Source: a virus (lineage: Duplodnaviria > Caudoviricetes). From it: a stretch of 64,000 nt of DNA. Where the stretch lies: IMG/VR virus record IMGVR_UViG_3300033978_000217, positions 1,818 to 65,817 of that record, one strand, 5' to 3'. The translations under genes and the position numbers were made by a program. Within the stretch, counting starts at the first letter, position 1. Every line of letters starts with the position of its first letter. A model generated the notes under the pieces. It had not been told where the DNA came from. It did no database searches and worked only from the letters and a program-made list of their open reading frames with translations. Positions 37,149 to 45,471 of this stretch are shown here, piece after piece.

Positions 37149-37226
37149 CATTGTTTTATCTTTCATAGATTTATTGATTATTGATTTAAGGGCAGATAAG
37201 GGGGAGCAATCCTCCTTATTTGTTTT
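37149..37226 (+). ncRNA. Candidate ~78-nt antisense-type small RNA
   Basis: Bounded by the promoter and the hairpin ATAAGGGGGA-GCAA-TCCTCCTTAT+TTGTTTT. Its U-rich body is complementary to early-gene start regions. Confidence 0.55.
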
Positions 37227-37239
37227 AAACGCAACGCCA

Positions 37240-37659
37240 ATGAAATGCCAAGCCGAAGAGTGTTTTTGTACGGATTTTAACCGTACATTCTGTAAAAACT
37301 ACAGAGAGGATGCGAAGCCTAAATCACAAGGTCTCAAGAGAACTCAGTTCAAGAAAAAGTACAAGGCTACTGGCGAGATGGATCTATTTAAACATCTATG
37401 GGAGACTCGCAAACATCGTTGTTACGTCACAGGAAGGGAGTTGGAGTTCTCTCCATCAATCTGCTTCCACATCCTTGGTAAGGGAGCGTTTCCTGCCTAT
37501 CGTCTCAACCCTTCAAATATCATCTTTGTCAATGCGGAGTACCACACAGATTGGCACACAATGTCGAGAGAGAAATTGGTGCAGAAGGATCGTAGATGGG
37601 AGTACGTCTTCAAACTCTACGAGATGTTGAAGATTGCGTACTACAGCGAAGGTTTATAG
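37240..37659 (+). CDS. HNH-like (NinG/Ref-type) nuclease
   Basis: N-terminal Cys cluster; CYVTG..HILGK..YRLNPSNI..H. Confidence 0.55.
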   Translation: MKCQAEECFCTDFNRTFCKNYREDAKPKSQGLKRTQFKKKYKATGEMDLFKHLWETRKHRCYVTGRELEFSPSICFHILGKGAFPAYRLNPSNIIFVNAEYHTDWHTMSREKLVQKDRRWEYVFKLYEMLKIAYYSEGL

Positions 37660-37837
37660 TGTGGTTCTTGCACAGCCTGATCTGATTAGAGTCGAAGTGT
37701 TTTATCTCTCCAGTCTCCTCCAAGGCTACCACCCACACAGTATTATTCTGCATTCCGTAGTCCATGAGGAATAGAGCAATTCCGTCACCTAACTCCGTCT
37801 CCACCCAAAGCACTTGTTGTATTTCATGTATATTCAT
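37610..37837 (-). CDS. Hypothetical protein
   Basis: 75 aa (T.LGDG.ALF..DYG..WVV); a minus-strand TAAATTTG lies just upstream. Confidence 0.6.
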   Translation of the reverse strand: MNIHEIQQVLWVETELGDGIALFLMDYGMQNNTVWVVALEETGEIKHFDSNQIRLCKNHTINLRCSTQSSTSRRV

Positions 37838-37838
37838 C

Positions 37839-37866
37839 GTAACAAATTTAGGTGTATATTTGTTAC
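37839..37866. promoter_or_regulatory. Back-to-back divergent -7 elements
   Basis: GTAACAAATTTA-GGTG-TATATTTGTTAC, with TAnnTTTG on each strand 4-5 nt from an ATG. Confidence 0.6.
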
Positions 37867-38157
37867 ATGAGAAATTCTTTAGCAGGAACTAAAAAAGGCA
37901 AATCAGAGAGTGCCAAATACTTTCAGTCTAATCCAAAGGCGAAGGCTAAGAAAGATGCGTATAACAAGGAGTATCATTCTACTCCCGAGAGACGGAAGTA
38001 TCGTTCAGAACTGAACAAAGAGAACCGAAAGGCTGGAACTTACGGCAACAAGGATGGCAAAGACATGAGCCATACGAAATTAGGTAAAGTTGTCAAAGAA
38101 ATATTTTCAAAAAATAGAGCTAGAAACGGAAAAGGCGGTACTCCACGTTTGAAGTAA
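37867..38157 (+). CDS. Small basic protein with a degenerate HNH-like motif
   Basis: K/R-rich; DGKDMSH..NRARNG. Confidence 0.6.
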   Translation: MRNSLAGTKKGKSESAKYFQSNPKAKAKKDAYNKEYHSTPERRKYRSELNKENRKAGTYGNKDGKDMSHTKLGKVVKEIFSKNRARNGKGGTPRLK

Positions 38158-38187
38158 CCGCCTTCGTTCAACAGCTAAAAAATAAAC

Positions 38188-38520
38188 TTACTCAAGAGGG
38201 ATGATAGTAACCTCCCAAAACTCTTTTCCTCGTGGGACAATTAGTTTGTAGAGATGGATCTCGTAAACATCCTTGTCATTAAACTTATACTTCTTCTGCA
38301 TGATGTCCAACACCAACTTGGTGGGATTGTCTACGTCTGAAGCCTTGTTAGAAAAGCCATACCGTATGTGAAGTGCGACCTTGCCTTGGGGAAACCGTAG
38401 CCGGGGCATCATCAATAGGCATGACTTTTCATATTCATTATAATCTTTTGTCTTAAATCTTCTGCCCTGGAAGGCTTTGTTTATGGACAAAGGTTTTATG
38501 TTAACCTTTATTGTACTCAT
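38188..38520 (-). CDS. rusA: RusA-like Holliday junction resolvase
   Basis: PLSIN, SDVDNPTK..LD and FND motifs. Confidence 0.8.
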   Translation of the reverse strand: MSTIKVNIKPLSINKAFQGRRFKTKDYNEYEKSCLLMMPRLRFPQGKVALHIRYGFSNKASDVDNPTKLVLDIMQKKYKFNDKDVYEIHLYKLIVPRGKEFWEVTIIPLE

Positions 38521-38827
38521 CTGTGTTCAAGAAAACATTTATAACTCTCTCTCTCATTTCCTGATCCTCTATAAACGATAAGGCTTGGAGTAGATGAGGA
38601 GTGGCGGTGTTTTCGTGTGTAAATTTAACAAAAGTTGGGTTAATTGCCTCAATATGCCCCTCATAATTTTCAATAAGAGCAACAGTTTCTCCCGAGACAA
38701 TTCCCCAAGCGTGGAAATATCCAGCCTTTGAGTTGTTGAATGTTATAACCTGGTACTCTCCGTTCCACATATAACACAATCCGTCCTCAATTTGGATATC
38801 GCTCCAATACCTAACCTTCCGTCTCAT
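38501..38827 (-). CDS. Hypothetical protein
   Basis: 108 aa (GYFHAWG..VALIE..G) in a tightly packed operon. Confidence 0.6.
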   Translation of the reverse strand: MRRKVRYWSDIQIEDGLCYMWNGEYQVITFNNSKAGYFHAWGIVSGETVALIENYEGHIEAINPTFVKFTHENTATPHLLQALSFIEDQEMRERVINVFLNTDEYNKG

Positions 38828-39077
38828 TGCCCATGATAAGTAGCACGTCAGACTCCATTATGAAGCCAACCTTTATGTCCTTCTCTTCAAGGTAAACAGG
38901 ACTCTTGTGAGAGAAACGAATGATGTCACCAATCCGAACCTCCTCGATCTCTGGTCCTACTTCGATAACCTTCCCCTCGATAACTTGTGTTCCAAGGTGA
39001 GATAGGTCAAGTGAAGATGACTTGACAAGGTCTTGTGTGATTGGCAAAAATTTAATTCTGTCAGATAGCGTTTTCAT
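38811..39077 (-). CDS. groES: GroES co-chaperonin
   Basis: MKTLSDRI..GKVIEVGP..VRIGDII.F..MESDVL, 88 aa. Confidence 0.75.
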   Translation of the reverse strand: MKTLSDRIKFLPITQDLVKSSSLDLSHLGTQVIEGKVIEVGPEIEEVRIGDIIRFSHKSPVYLEEKDIKVGFIMESDVLLIMGNETEG

Positions 39078-39082
39078 ATGTG

Positions 39083-39532
39083 TTAGTTTAAAAGTTTAAC
39101 AGTTAACAATACTCCTCCAACAAAGGATACCGGGATGCCTACAATAGATATAGTCTTCCATGTTGTTTTCTTTGCGTCAAGAATCCAATAAGAACTCTCT
39201 AACTCATCGTACTGATCCTGCTTTAGTTTATACTGCATATCTAAAGCCTCGTATTGTTTTGTCTTAGCCTCGTAAGAAACTTTGTAGTCATTGGCAATAA
39301 CGTCCAAGATGGAAATCTGCTTCTCGAGATTAGCAATCTTACTCAAATGAGTATCGTACATGGAGTGGTAGAACCTCTCCGATGCCGCTATCTTGTTAAT
39401 GATTTTGATTTCAGTATCCTTCAGGCAGGTCAAAGTATCCTTGTTTATCAAGATCCTTGAACTTGGTGAGGTTAGTTGAGAGAAGACTTGATTGCTGACT
39501 AGGAGTAGCAAGATCAATATACCTTTTTTCAT
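39083..39532 (-). CDS. Exported coiled-coil protein with a C-terminal TM (spanin-like)
   Basis: Signal peptide MKKGILILLLLVSNQVFS, coiled coil and hydrophobic C-terminus; overlaps the upstream gene by 122 nt. Confidence 0.5.
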   Translation of the reverse strand: MKKGILILLLLVSNQVFSQLTSPSSRILINKDTLTCLKDTEIKIINKIAASERFYHSMYDTHLSKIANLEKQISILDVIANDYKVSYEAKTKQYEALDMQYKLKQDQYDELESSYWILDAKKTTWKTISIVGIPVSFVGGVLLTVKLLN

Positions 39533-39791
39533 CTTTGTATTTGGTTTTAGTTTCCTTTGACTTGTTATCTATAACTACCACATCGCCCTTCAGACCTATT
39601 AGTTTCTGCTGTAACTGGGTAATCTCCACTTGTTTGCTGTCGATAACCTTCTGCTGTTCCTCTATTTGATTACGGAGGATTGCCTCAGCCTTATTATTAT
39701 CATCCATCTTCTTAACACCAAGTAAATGAATGGTTGCAATGAGTGTTAGAATACCTACGGCAAGTGCTATGAATTTGTGGTGGTCTTTCAT
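39411..39791 (-). CDS. N-terminal TM plus coiled-coil protein (i-spanin-like)
   Basis: TM FIALAVGILTLIATIHLLGV followed by a coiled coil. Confidence 0.5.
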   Translation of the reverse strand: MKDHHKFIALAVGILTLIATIHLLGVKKMDDNNKAEAILRNQIEEQQKVIDSKQVEITQLQQKLIGLKGDVVVIDNKSKETKTKYKDEKRYIDLATPSQQSSLLSTNLTKFKDLDKQGYFDLPEGY

Positions 39792-39845
39792 GGGAATTGT
39801 GTGTAGATAAAGATAATGATTAATACTGCAAGTGAGATATAAATC

Positions 39846-40220
39846 TCACCCTTCTGCTGTTGATTCAGAGTCCATTCTTCTCTGAACTTTCTCTTTCTGT
39901 TCCAAAGCTTTTTCATCCTTATATTTTTTTATTAGTTGGACAATGTCGTAGTAAGCAAACCAGGGTAGTGTAGATATCTCTTCGATCAGGTCTTCAGCGT
40001 CATCCATTGCTCGAAGGTAGTAGTCACCACCCTCAATGTCGAAGAGGGCGGTGGCTAATACTTTGTATCTCTGCTCGGCAGCTTTAACGAACTGGTTACC
40101 CTTCATCTTCACCTCCTTCTCCCAAAAGGGTGGCCCAATTTGGTCGGAGATGTTTACAAATGCATTTGCGTGTAGCATGGATGCAATTATCTGATGCTTT
40201 TTATGTTCGTCTAGAATCAT
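39846..40220 (-). CDS. Hypothetical protein
   Basis: 124 aa, coupled to the exonuclease stop. Confidence 0.6.
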   Translation of the reverse strand: MILDEHKKHQIIASMLHANAFVNISDQIGPPFWEKEVKMKGNQFVKAAEQRYKVLATALFDIEGGDYYLRAMDDAEDLIEEISTLPWFAYYDIVQLIKKYKDEKALEQKEKVQRRMDSESTAEG

Positions 40221-40900
40221 CGGTTGCCTAACTTTTCAATTAAAAATTGTTTGTACTTAACTGCCATCTCAATAGCATTGTCCAAAATTTCTTTCGAATC
40301 TGATTGTAAATGTACAGGAATTATTGCTAACTTGTTCTTCCCATCCATGCGAGGATCGTAAGAAATGAACATACCCTCTTCCTTCCCGGCAACAATCATA
40401 TTCATTTGCAACTGCCACCAATAAGGTTTTCTCTGCTTGAATAGGTCATCCTCGTCTGCAATAAGAAGGTTCTGAACGTGGTTCTCGAAGTTGTACGGAC
40501 ACTTAATCTCAATCACACCGAAGCGTGAGCAGATACCATCGGGAGAGCCTCCTGCGTGGTCTCCGTAGGGGATAAACCCTACAGAGTCAACATGAGATTC
40601 CATCATCTCGGCATATATATTACAAGCCTCTGCCTCGTGTTCCACACCCCATTCCGTAGCCGCAGAGTTAGTGGTCTGCTCGATGCCAGTCATTTCCTCG
40701 GCAACCTTCGACATGATGTAAGACTTGGTAGTCTCAGACAACTCTCCGTTCTCTCTCGCTGCCTTCGTCTGAGGTTGAGTCATTAGTTTGTATATCTCTG
40801 ATGCGGTAAACTTACCAACACGAGCGTTGAACCATGCTTGTGAGCGTTGGTTAGACGCTTGTGCTTGTTCCTTTAGGATTTCGTTTAATAGATTATTCAT
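40217..40900 (-). CDS. YqaJ/lambda-type exonuclease
   Basis: QRSQAWFNAR.G.FTAS, WG..HE..A, GSPDG, IEIKCP and Y.WQLQ motifs. Confidence 0.9.
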   Translation of the reverse strand: MNNLLNEILKEQAQASNQRSQAWFNARVGKFTASEIYKLMTQPQTKAARENGELSETTKSYIMSKVAEEMTGIEQTTNSAATEWGVEHEAEACNIYAEMMESHVDSVGFIPYGDHAGGSPDGICSRFGVIEIKCPYNFENHVQNLLIADEDDLFKQRKPYWWQLQMNMIVAGKEEGMFISYDPRMDGKNKLAIIPVHLQSDSKEILDNAIEMAVKYKQFLIEKLGNR

Positions 40901-41759
40901 TGTCCCCTCCTTTAACTTTCTTACGAGCCTTCTCAATGATCTCTTTCTTCTGCTCCGGATCAATCATTACCGACTCATCAGACAAAGCAGTCTCAAGTTC
41001 TACCACGTTGGTAGTCTTCTCAAGTAAGCGGTCAATCTGTTCCTCGCTCATCTTCACATACTCAACGGTCTTGTACTCCTCGTTGTCGATAGAGATAGCG
41101 GTGTTAACCTTCTCAATCTTATCCAAGGCAAACGAAGACTTAGGGATAGACTTCCAACCTCTCTTCACAACGGTCTTACGAGCCATCTCTGCATAGTCAG
41201 TTGACCATGGGCCAACATCTTTGCGACCAGTCTCTGAGCGATTCTTGATAGCGTCAATTTGTGGCTTCCACATAACCTCGAACAAGGTCTCGTCATTGTG
41301 CAGTACAAAGATTGCGTAAACGGCAATGATGTCATCAACCTTGAAGGTCTCTCCCTTCGGCTTGTGGTTGATGCGAGGTGATGTACCTTGAACGATGTCG
41401 AAGTCATCTCCTCTGTAAACTACTCCCGAAGAAACCGACTTGATAATCCCAGTGTCAGAGATTAACTTAATCATCCCCTGGTATCCAGGCATGAGTTTAG
41501 CGTTGCCCTTGAAAGGAACGAGGTAAGCCAAGTTCATCACAGGGTTCAGAGACAACTTGGTCAATGCACAATTGTACACAGCCATTGCAACTGATTGTGG
41601 GTTAGAATTCGCTAACACTTGGTTGTTGTTAGCAGCTTGGATGGCGAAAGACATCTCTCTCATGAGGACTTCTTCTCCTCCCATCAGTTTAATCATTTCC
41701 TCTCTGCGAGGTTCGATGAACGGCATAACCGTCTTTGGTGAAATTGTTATGTTTGACAT
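40893..41759 (-). CDS. recT: RecT single-strand annealing protein
   Basis: LSLNP..AYLVPF, GYQGM and PW..DY.EMARKTV motifs; adjacent to the exonuclease. Confidence 0.9.
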   Translation of the reverse strand: MSNITISPKTVMPFIEPRREEMIKLMGGEEVLMREMSFAIQAANNNQVLANSNPQSVAMAVYNCALTKLSLNPVMNLAYLVPFKGNAKLMPGYQGMIKLISDTGIIKSVSSGVVYRGDDFDIVQGTSPRINHKPKGETFKVDDIIAVYAIFVLHNDETLFEVMWKPQIDAIKNRSETGRKDVGPWSTDYAEMARKTVVKRGWKSIPKSSFALDKIEKVNTAISIDNEEYKTVEYVKMSEEQIDRLLEKTTNVVELETALSDESVMIDPEQKKEIIEKARKKVKGGDNE

Positions 41760-41802
41760 AATTTATAAGTTTTCTTTATTAATGTTTTGCGAATGTAACA
41801 CA

Positions 41803-42093
41803 TTATTCGAAACCCTCCAAAACTTTTTTTGTAAATTTTTCTAATGTTAATAAGTAAGGTTCGTGTTCGAGTTTTATATCTGTACCCCATTTGCTGAAAA
41901 TCTGTTTGAGAATCTTCCTCCTCTCCCCTTGTGGAAGGTGTAAAAGAGCAAGGTCAAAGTACACATATGACTTTGGATCTTGTGGTATGCCCAGAGAGAT
42001 GCACATCTTGTTAACCCTCTTGTGCATAGTGTCGAGGACTAGGTATGTGTCTGCCCTCTTTAAATACTTTTGGCTACGAGAAGATTTTGCCAT
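41803..42093 (-). CDS. Hypothetical protein
   Basis: 96-aa ORF in an operon. Confidence 0.5.
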   Translation of the reverse strand: MAKSSRSQKYLKRADTYLVLDTMHKRVNKMCISLGIPQDPKSYVYFDLALLHLPQGERRKILKQIFSKWGTDIKLEHEPYLLTLEKFTKKVLEGFE

Positions 42094-42313
42094 TGTTTCT
42101 TGTGTCGGTTCTCTCTATAGATGACTTTATGTTCTTCCAATCGACAAGGTCTTGCTCCTCGAAAATCATCTTTCCATGAAACAAAGACATCATCCTCTTA
42201 ACCTTAGCCGGATCAAACTCTGGTCTGAATATCTTCAAAGCGTTTCTCGGATTTATGTCTTTCTCGGCAAAATAGGTGAGCCAATTTGCTCTATACTTGT
42301 GTTTCGATTTCAT
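42074..42313 (-). CDS. Hypothetical protein
   Basis: 79-aa ORF in an operon. Confidence 0.5.
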   Translation of the reverse strand: MKSKHKYRANWLTYFAEKDINPRNALKIFRPEFDPAKVKRMMSLFHGKMIFEEQDLVDWKNIKSSIERTDTRNNGKIFS

Positions 42314-42584
42314 GCTTTAAGCGTTCAATTTTCTCTCTAAATTCCTCCACCTCATCGCAGTATTCGAGTATCGAATTGATGACCTTCATGACCTTCTCCT
42401 GGTCTCTGATTGGCTTCTTTCTGCCCACAATGTCGCTCATCCAACGCTGTCCGTTACCACACTTATGGTTGATATAAGCCATGTTTAACACATCGGCATG
42501 AGACCTGCACGTCTTAATAAAGGACATCAGTAGGGAATCTCCAATAACCTTTTTCTGCGGCTTATTTTCTTGCGTATTGTTCAA
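42291..42584 (-). CDS. Hypothetical protein (possible HTH); start uncertain
   Basis: TTG-start ORF downstream of a canonical promoter. Confidence 0.45.
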   Translation of the reverse strand: MNNTQENKPQKKVIGDSLLMSFIKTCRSHADVLNMAYINHKCGNGQRWMSDIVGRKKPIRDQEKVMKVINSILEYCDEVEEFREKIERLKHEIETQV

Positions 42585-42628
42585 ACTATTGTTATGGTGT
42601 AAAATGTGTGCGAGAAGTTTTTACAAAC

Positions 42629-42659
42629 CAAATGTACTATAAATGCCAATAAAATCAAA
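42629..42659 (-). promoter_or_regulatory. Canonical Bacteroidota promoter for the recombination operon
   Basis: Minus strand TTTG-N19-TACATTTG. Confidence 0.7.
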
Positions 42660-42790
42660 ACGCCGCATCGTCTGACTTGTCACAGAAAGTGATAGTAGTT
42701 TTTCTGAAAACGCCGGGGGATCAGGCGAAATTATGATCAGGAGGACCAGGATCAATTCAAATAAGCACTAACCCTCTGAAAATTAGGCAC

Positions 42791-42825
42791 AAAAAAAAAG
42801 GATGCTGAATTAACAACATCCTTTT
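42791..42825 (-). terminator. Intrinsic terminator ending the early operon
   Basis: Minus strand AAAAGGATGTTG-TTAATT-CAGCATCC followed by T9. Confidence 0.8.
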
Positions 42826-42842
42826 AAGATTTTCCGTAGTGG

Positions 42843-42992
42843 TTATTGCAGGTTACCTATCGTGTATACAATCGGCAGTATGGTCATCGTGCCTAACATT
42901 AGTGGTATTGAATGTGTCATCCACGCTATGAAGAAGAGGATGATTCCGAGAATGCCTAGCACCGTCAAGATGATGTCAATTGTCCTTCTCAT
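42843..42992 (-). CDS. Small two-TM membrane protein (49 aa)
   Basis: MRRTIDIILTVLGILGIILFFIAW..; ATGA-coupled to the upstream stop. Confidence 0.6.
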   Translation of the reverse strand: MRRTIDIILTVLGILGIILFFIAWMTHSIPLMLGTMTILPIVYTIGNLQ

Positions 42993-43207
42993 ATTTCCAC
43001 CAATGATATGTCTTCCCCAGCAATTCTGATTGCCGTCCAAATGTGGTGCATTGTTCCTTCGTTAGTCAAGGCAATGTTCAATACATCTTGCGCTTCCTCA
43101 TCAGAGCAGTCAAAAATATCTTGAACATCTTCTACGCTCCAAAGGTTATCTACGAAGTAACCATTCTTTCTAAGCGTCTCTTTCGCTTGTTTGATTTCGT
43201 TTGTCAT
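42989..43207 (-). CDS. Small acidic early protein
   Basis: 72 aa, LWSVEDV..SDEEAQDVL. Confidence 0.65.
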   Translation of the reverse strand: MTNEIKQAKETLRKNGYFVDNLWSVEDVQDIFDCSDEEAQDVLNIALTNEGTMHHIWTAIRIAGEDISLVEI

Positions 43208-43215
43208 CTCTTTTA

Positions 43216-43659
43216 TTATTTAAGGTCATTAATCAATTCTATATCTTCGGGAGAGTACTCTTGTTCGTTATCCCAATCCCCATCCCAGTGTTCGCATATG
43301 TATTGCGGAATTAAGGCACATCCGTCAAACAATTGCTCTACTGATATGTCTGCTCTGCCGAATGTCTCTATTTGCTCAACCATTGCATTACCGAAATCTC
43401 TTATCTCGGATGCATCAGAGAAATACCAATCAAGGAATTTAGATGCCTTGATTACATTCAAGGTCTTCATTCGAATTGGTTTCTCTTCCGAGTAATCTGA
43501 TATCGTCTCGGGAAGTTGACAAAGTTTAGTGATGCTCTTCAAGTCTTCGAAGACTTCTGAATCCTCGCTGAATAGTTTTTGTTCAGTCAAGTTGATCAGG
43601 ACTTGCAATGCAAGTTGATTGATAATTTGCAAATGTTTTTGCGTGATTTCTTTCTCCAT
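43216..43659 (-). CDS. Acidic early protein
   Basis: 147 aa; AAAACAATG start context. Confidence 0.65.
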   Translation of the reverse strand: MEKEITQKHLQIINQLALQVLINLTEQKLFSEDSEVFEDLKSITKLCQLPETISDYSEEKPIRMKTLNVIKASKFLDWYFSDASEIRDFGNAMVEQIETFGRADISVEQLFDGCALIPQYICEHWDGDWDNEQEYSPEDIELINDLK

Positions 43660-43668
43660 TGTTTTAAA

Positions 43669-44154
43669 TTATTTATTGATTTCGATTAATGTTCCGTCCG
43701 CTTGTTCTTCGTAGTAGTAGTCACTATCTTCAATGTCCCATTCAGTATAGTAGTACTCGTCTTGGGCATAGGCTTCTTCTAGAAGAAATTCGTCAGATAG
43801 TTCGTTGTACTCGTCAACATTTCGGTCTCTTAACCACTTAATCAAGTCAGATGTGTTCACGAAGTATGCTTCTCCATCGTTGCAACAATATCCTCTATCC
43901 ATCCCCTTCCCAGTTGCAGAATCTTTTCTCGCCCACTTGATTTTTACATCTTTGAGCATATTGTATTGCTCCAAGGTAAGTTCCATATAGTTCGCCCATC
44001 CTTGTGCTTCCTCTAGCAATGTGTTTGGATGTTCAGACGAATCGTAAACATATAAACCACCTTCTCCTAGGGATATCATTTGAACAACGGTGTTATGGTC
44101 ATTGTCCCACATATGACTAACTACTTCCTCTCCGAATAAATAATAGAATTTCAT
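43669..44154 (-). CDS. Acidic early protein (DNA-mimic candidate)
   Basis: D/E/Y-rich C-terminus; AAAACAATG start. Confidence 0.65.
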   Translation of the reverse strand: MKFYYLFGEEVVSHMWDNDHNTVVQMISLGEGGLYVYDSSEHPNTLLEEAQGWANYMELTLEQYNMLKDVKIKWARKDSATGKGMDRGYCCNDGEAYFVNTSDLIKWLRDRNVDEYNELSDEFLLEEAYAQDEYYYTEWDIEDSDYYYEEQADGTLIEINK

Positions 44155-44166
44155 TGTTTTATGTTT

Positions 44167-44577
44167 TTAGTTGTTTGGATTTAATGCGTTACCTAGGATT
44201 GCGAAGAGAGATTCGTTCTGCTCTCCTTCAGTCAGTTTTAATTTGATTACTCTCTCTGCGTAGAAGATGTGATGACGATTGTACAAGTCAATCAATCCTT
44301 TTCTCCAAAGAGAGATGTCTGGGATAGTTGCTCTAAAGTAAAAGCCGTTGACCATCTTGCAGAGAACATCCGTATAGATTGCTTCCTCCGTAATCTCAAA
44401 ATCGTCTTGGTTATAGTCTGCTCCAATGTGGGCATTCAATGAGAGCAAAAGCTCGTCCATCGAATTGAATTCCTCGTGTCTCTCAATTGAATGAGATTCT
44501 ACTTGTTGTTGTTCACCATGCTCGTAAGAGTCTAGTGTTGTGATGCACGAATGACGTGTGATTCTAAATTTTTCCAT
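44167..44577 (-). CDS. Acidic early protein
   Basis: 136 aa; AAACAATG start. Confidence 0.65.
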   Translation of the reverse strand: MEKFRITRHSCITTLDSYEHGEQQQVESHSIERHEEFNSMDELLLSLNAHIGADYNQDDFEITEEAIYTDVLCKMVNGFYFRATIPDISLWRKGLIDLYNRHHIFYAERVIKLKLTEGEQNESLFAILGNALNPNN

Positions 44578-44598
44578 TGTTTCTGATTGTTTTATATA

Positions 44599-45120
44599 TT
44601 ATAATATTTTGTTTCTTACTTGTTCTATAAAATATTTATCTGAACAAAGTGATTGGATGTCGCTAAATTTTTGTTTACTTCCAAGATATTGGTATGACAA
44701 TCCGCTAGGAATACTAGAGCAATTTCCGTATTCATCCTCAATTATTGTATCCGCACGTTTATATACATCAATAGTTATGTGATTTTCGTGATGACCAATT
44801 AATTTACTTTCTGTTCTACCTATCAAAATACTATTGCATTCGTAGTGACGATTCTCTTTTCCCATCTTTTGAATTACTGCAAAAGGCAAGTCTTTTTCCA
44901 ATAAGGAGATGATTCGATAAACTTCTGCTTCGGCAAGTTTATTCCAATTCTCTTTTGCAATTAGGACATTTGCTTCGAATTCTTTTTTCTTTCGATTCAA
45001 CATCTGCAATTCGTCTGCATTGATTAGATTGAAAGATTTTGATGTGCTGAACTGCTCGTTTACTTTAGCGAATGAATCTGACATATTCGCAATGATTTGT
45101 TGTTGTTGTTTTGTCAACAT
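44599..45120 (-). CDS. Hypothetical early protein
   Basis: 173-aa ORF in the operon. Confidence 0.65.
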   Translation of the reverse strand: MLTKQQQQIIANMSDSFAKVNEQFSTSKSFNLINADELQMLNRKKKEFEANVLIAKENWNKLAEAEVYRIISLLEKDLPFAVIQKMGKENRHYECNSILIGRTESKLIGHHENHITIDVYKRADTIIEDEYGNCSSIPSGLSYQYLGSKQKFSDIQSLCSDKYFIEQVRNKIL

Positions 45121-45149
45121 AATTACTAGTTTTAAATTTATTGATTTGA

Positions 45150-45470
45150 TTAAATGAATGTACCGTTACCTAAATTATCGAATGTCTCGCTCTCCGAGAA
45201 TGATAGTAAAGAGGAATCTTGGATGTGTTCTTCTTCCTCTAGGAATACCAAGAATGTCTCGCATTCGAATTCAACATTCTCTCGCGTTTGTCCATACCGA
45301 AATGACTCGTCCTTCGAATAATATCCGTCAATCCAAATGATGACGAATGTCTTGTCATCCAAAACGAAGTCCCTATCCAATTCGATGTGACCAGTTCTTT
45401 GGTCATTTAGATAATCGCCTAGGATGACTTGCACCCTAGCGATTTCGTTTGTATTCAGTTCGATGTTCAT
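45150..45470 (-). CDS. Acidic early protein
   Basis: MNIELN start just after the upstream stop; E/D-rich. Confidence 0.6.
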   Translation of the reverse strand: MNIELNTNEIARVQVILGDYLNDQRTGHIELDRDFVLDDKTFVIIWIDGYYSKDESFRYGQTRENVEFECETFLVFLEEEEHIQDSSLLSFSESETFDNLGNGTFI

Positions 45471-45471
45471 A

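Noticed and set aside
37174-37239. TTG-start extension of the HNH-like gene
   Set aside because: It runs through a terminator-like hairpin; ATG37240 gives a better start.
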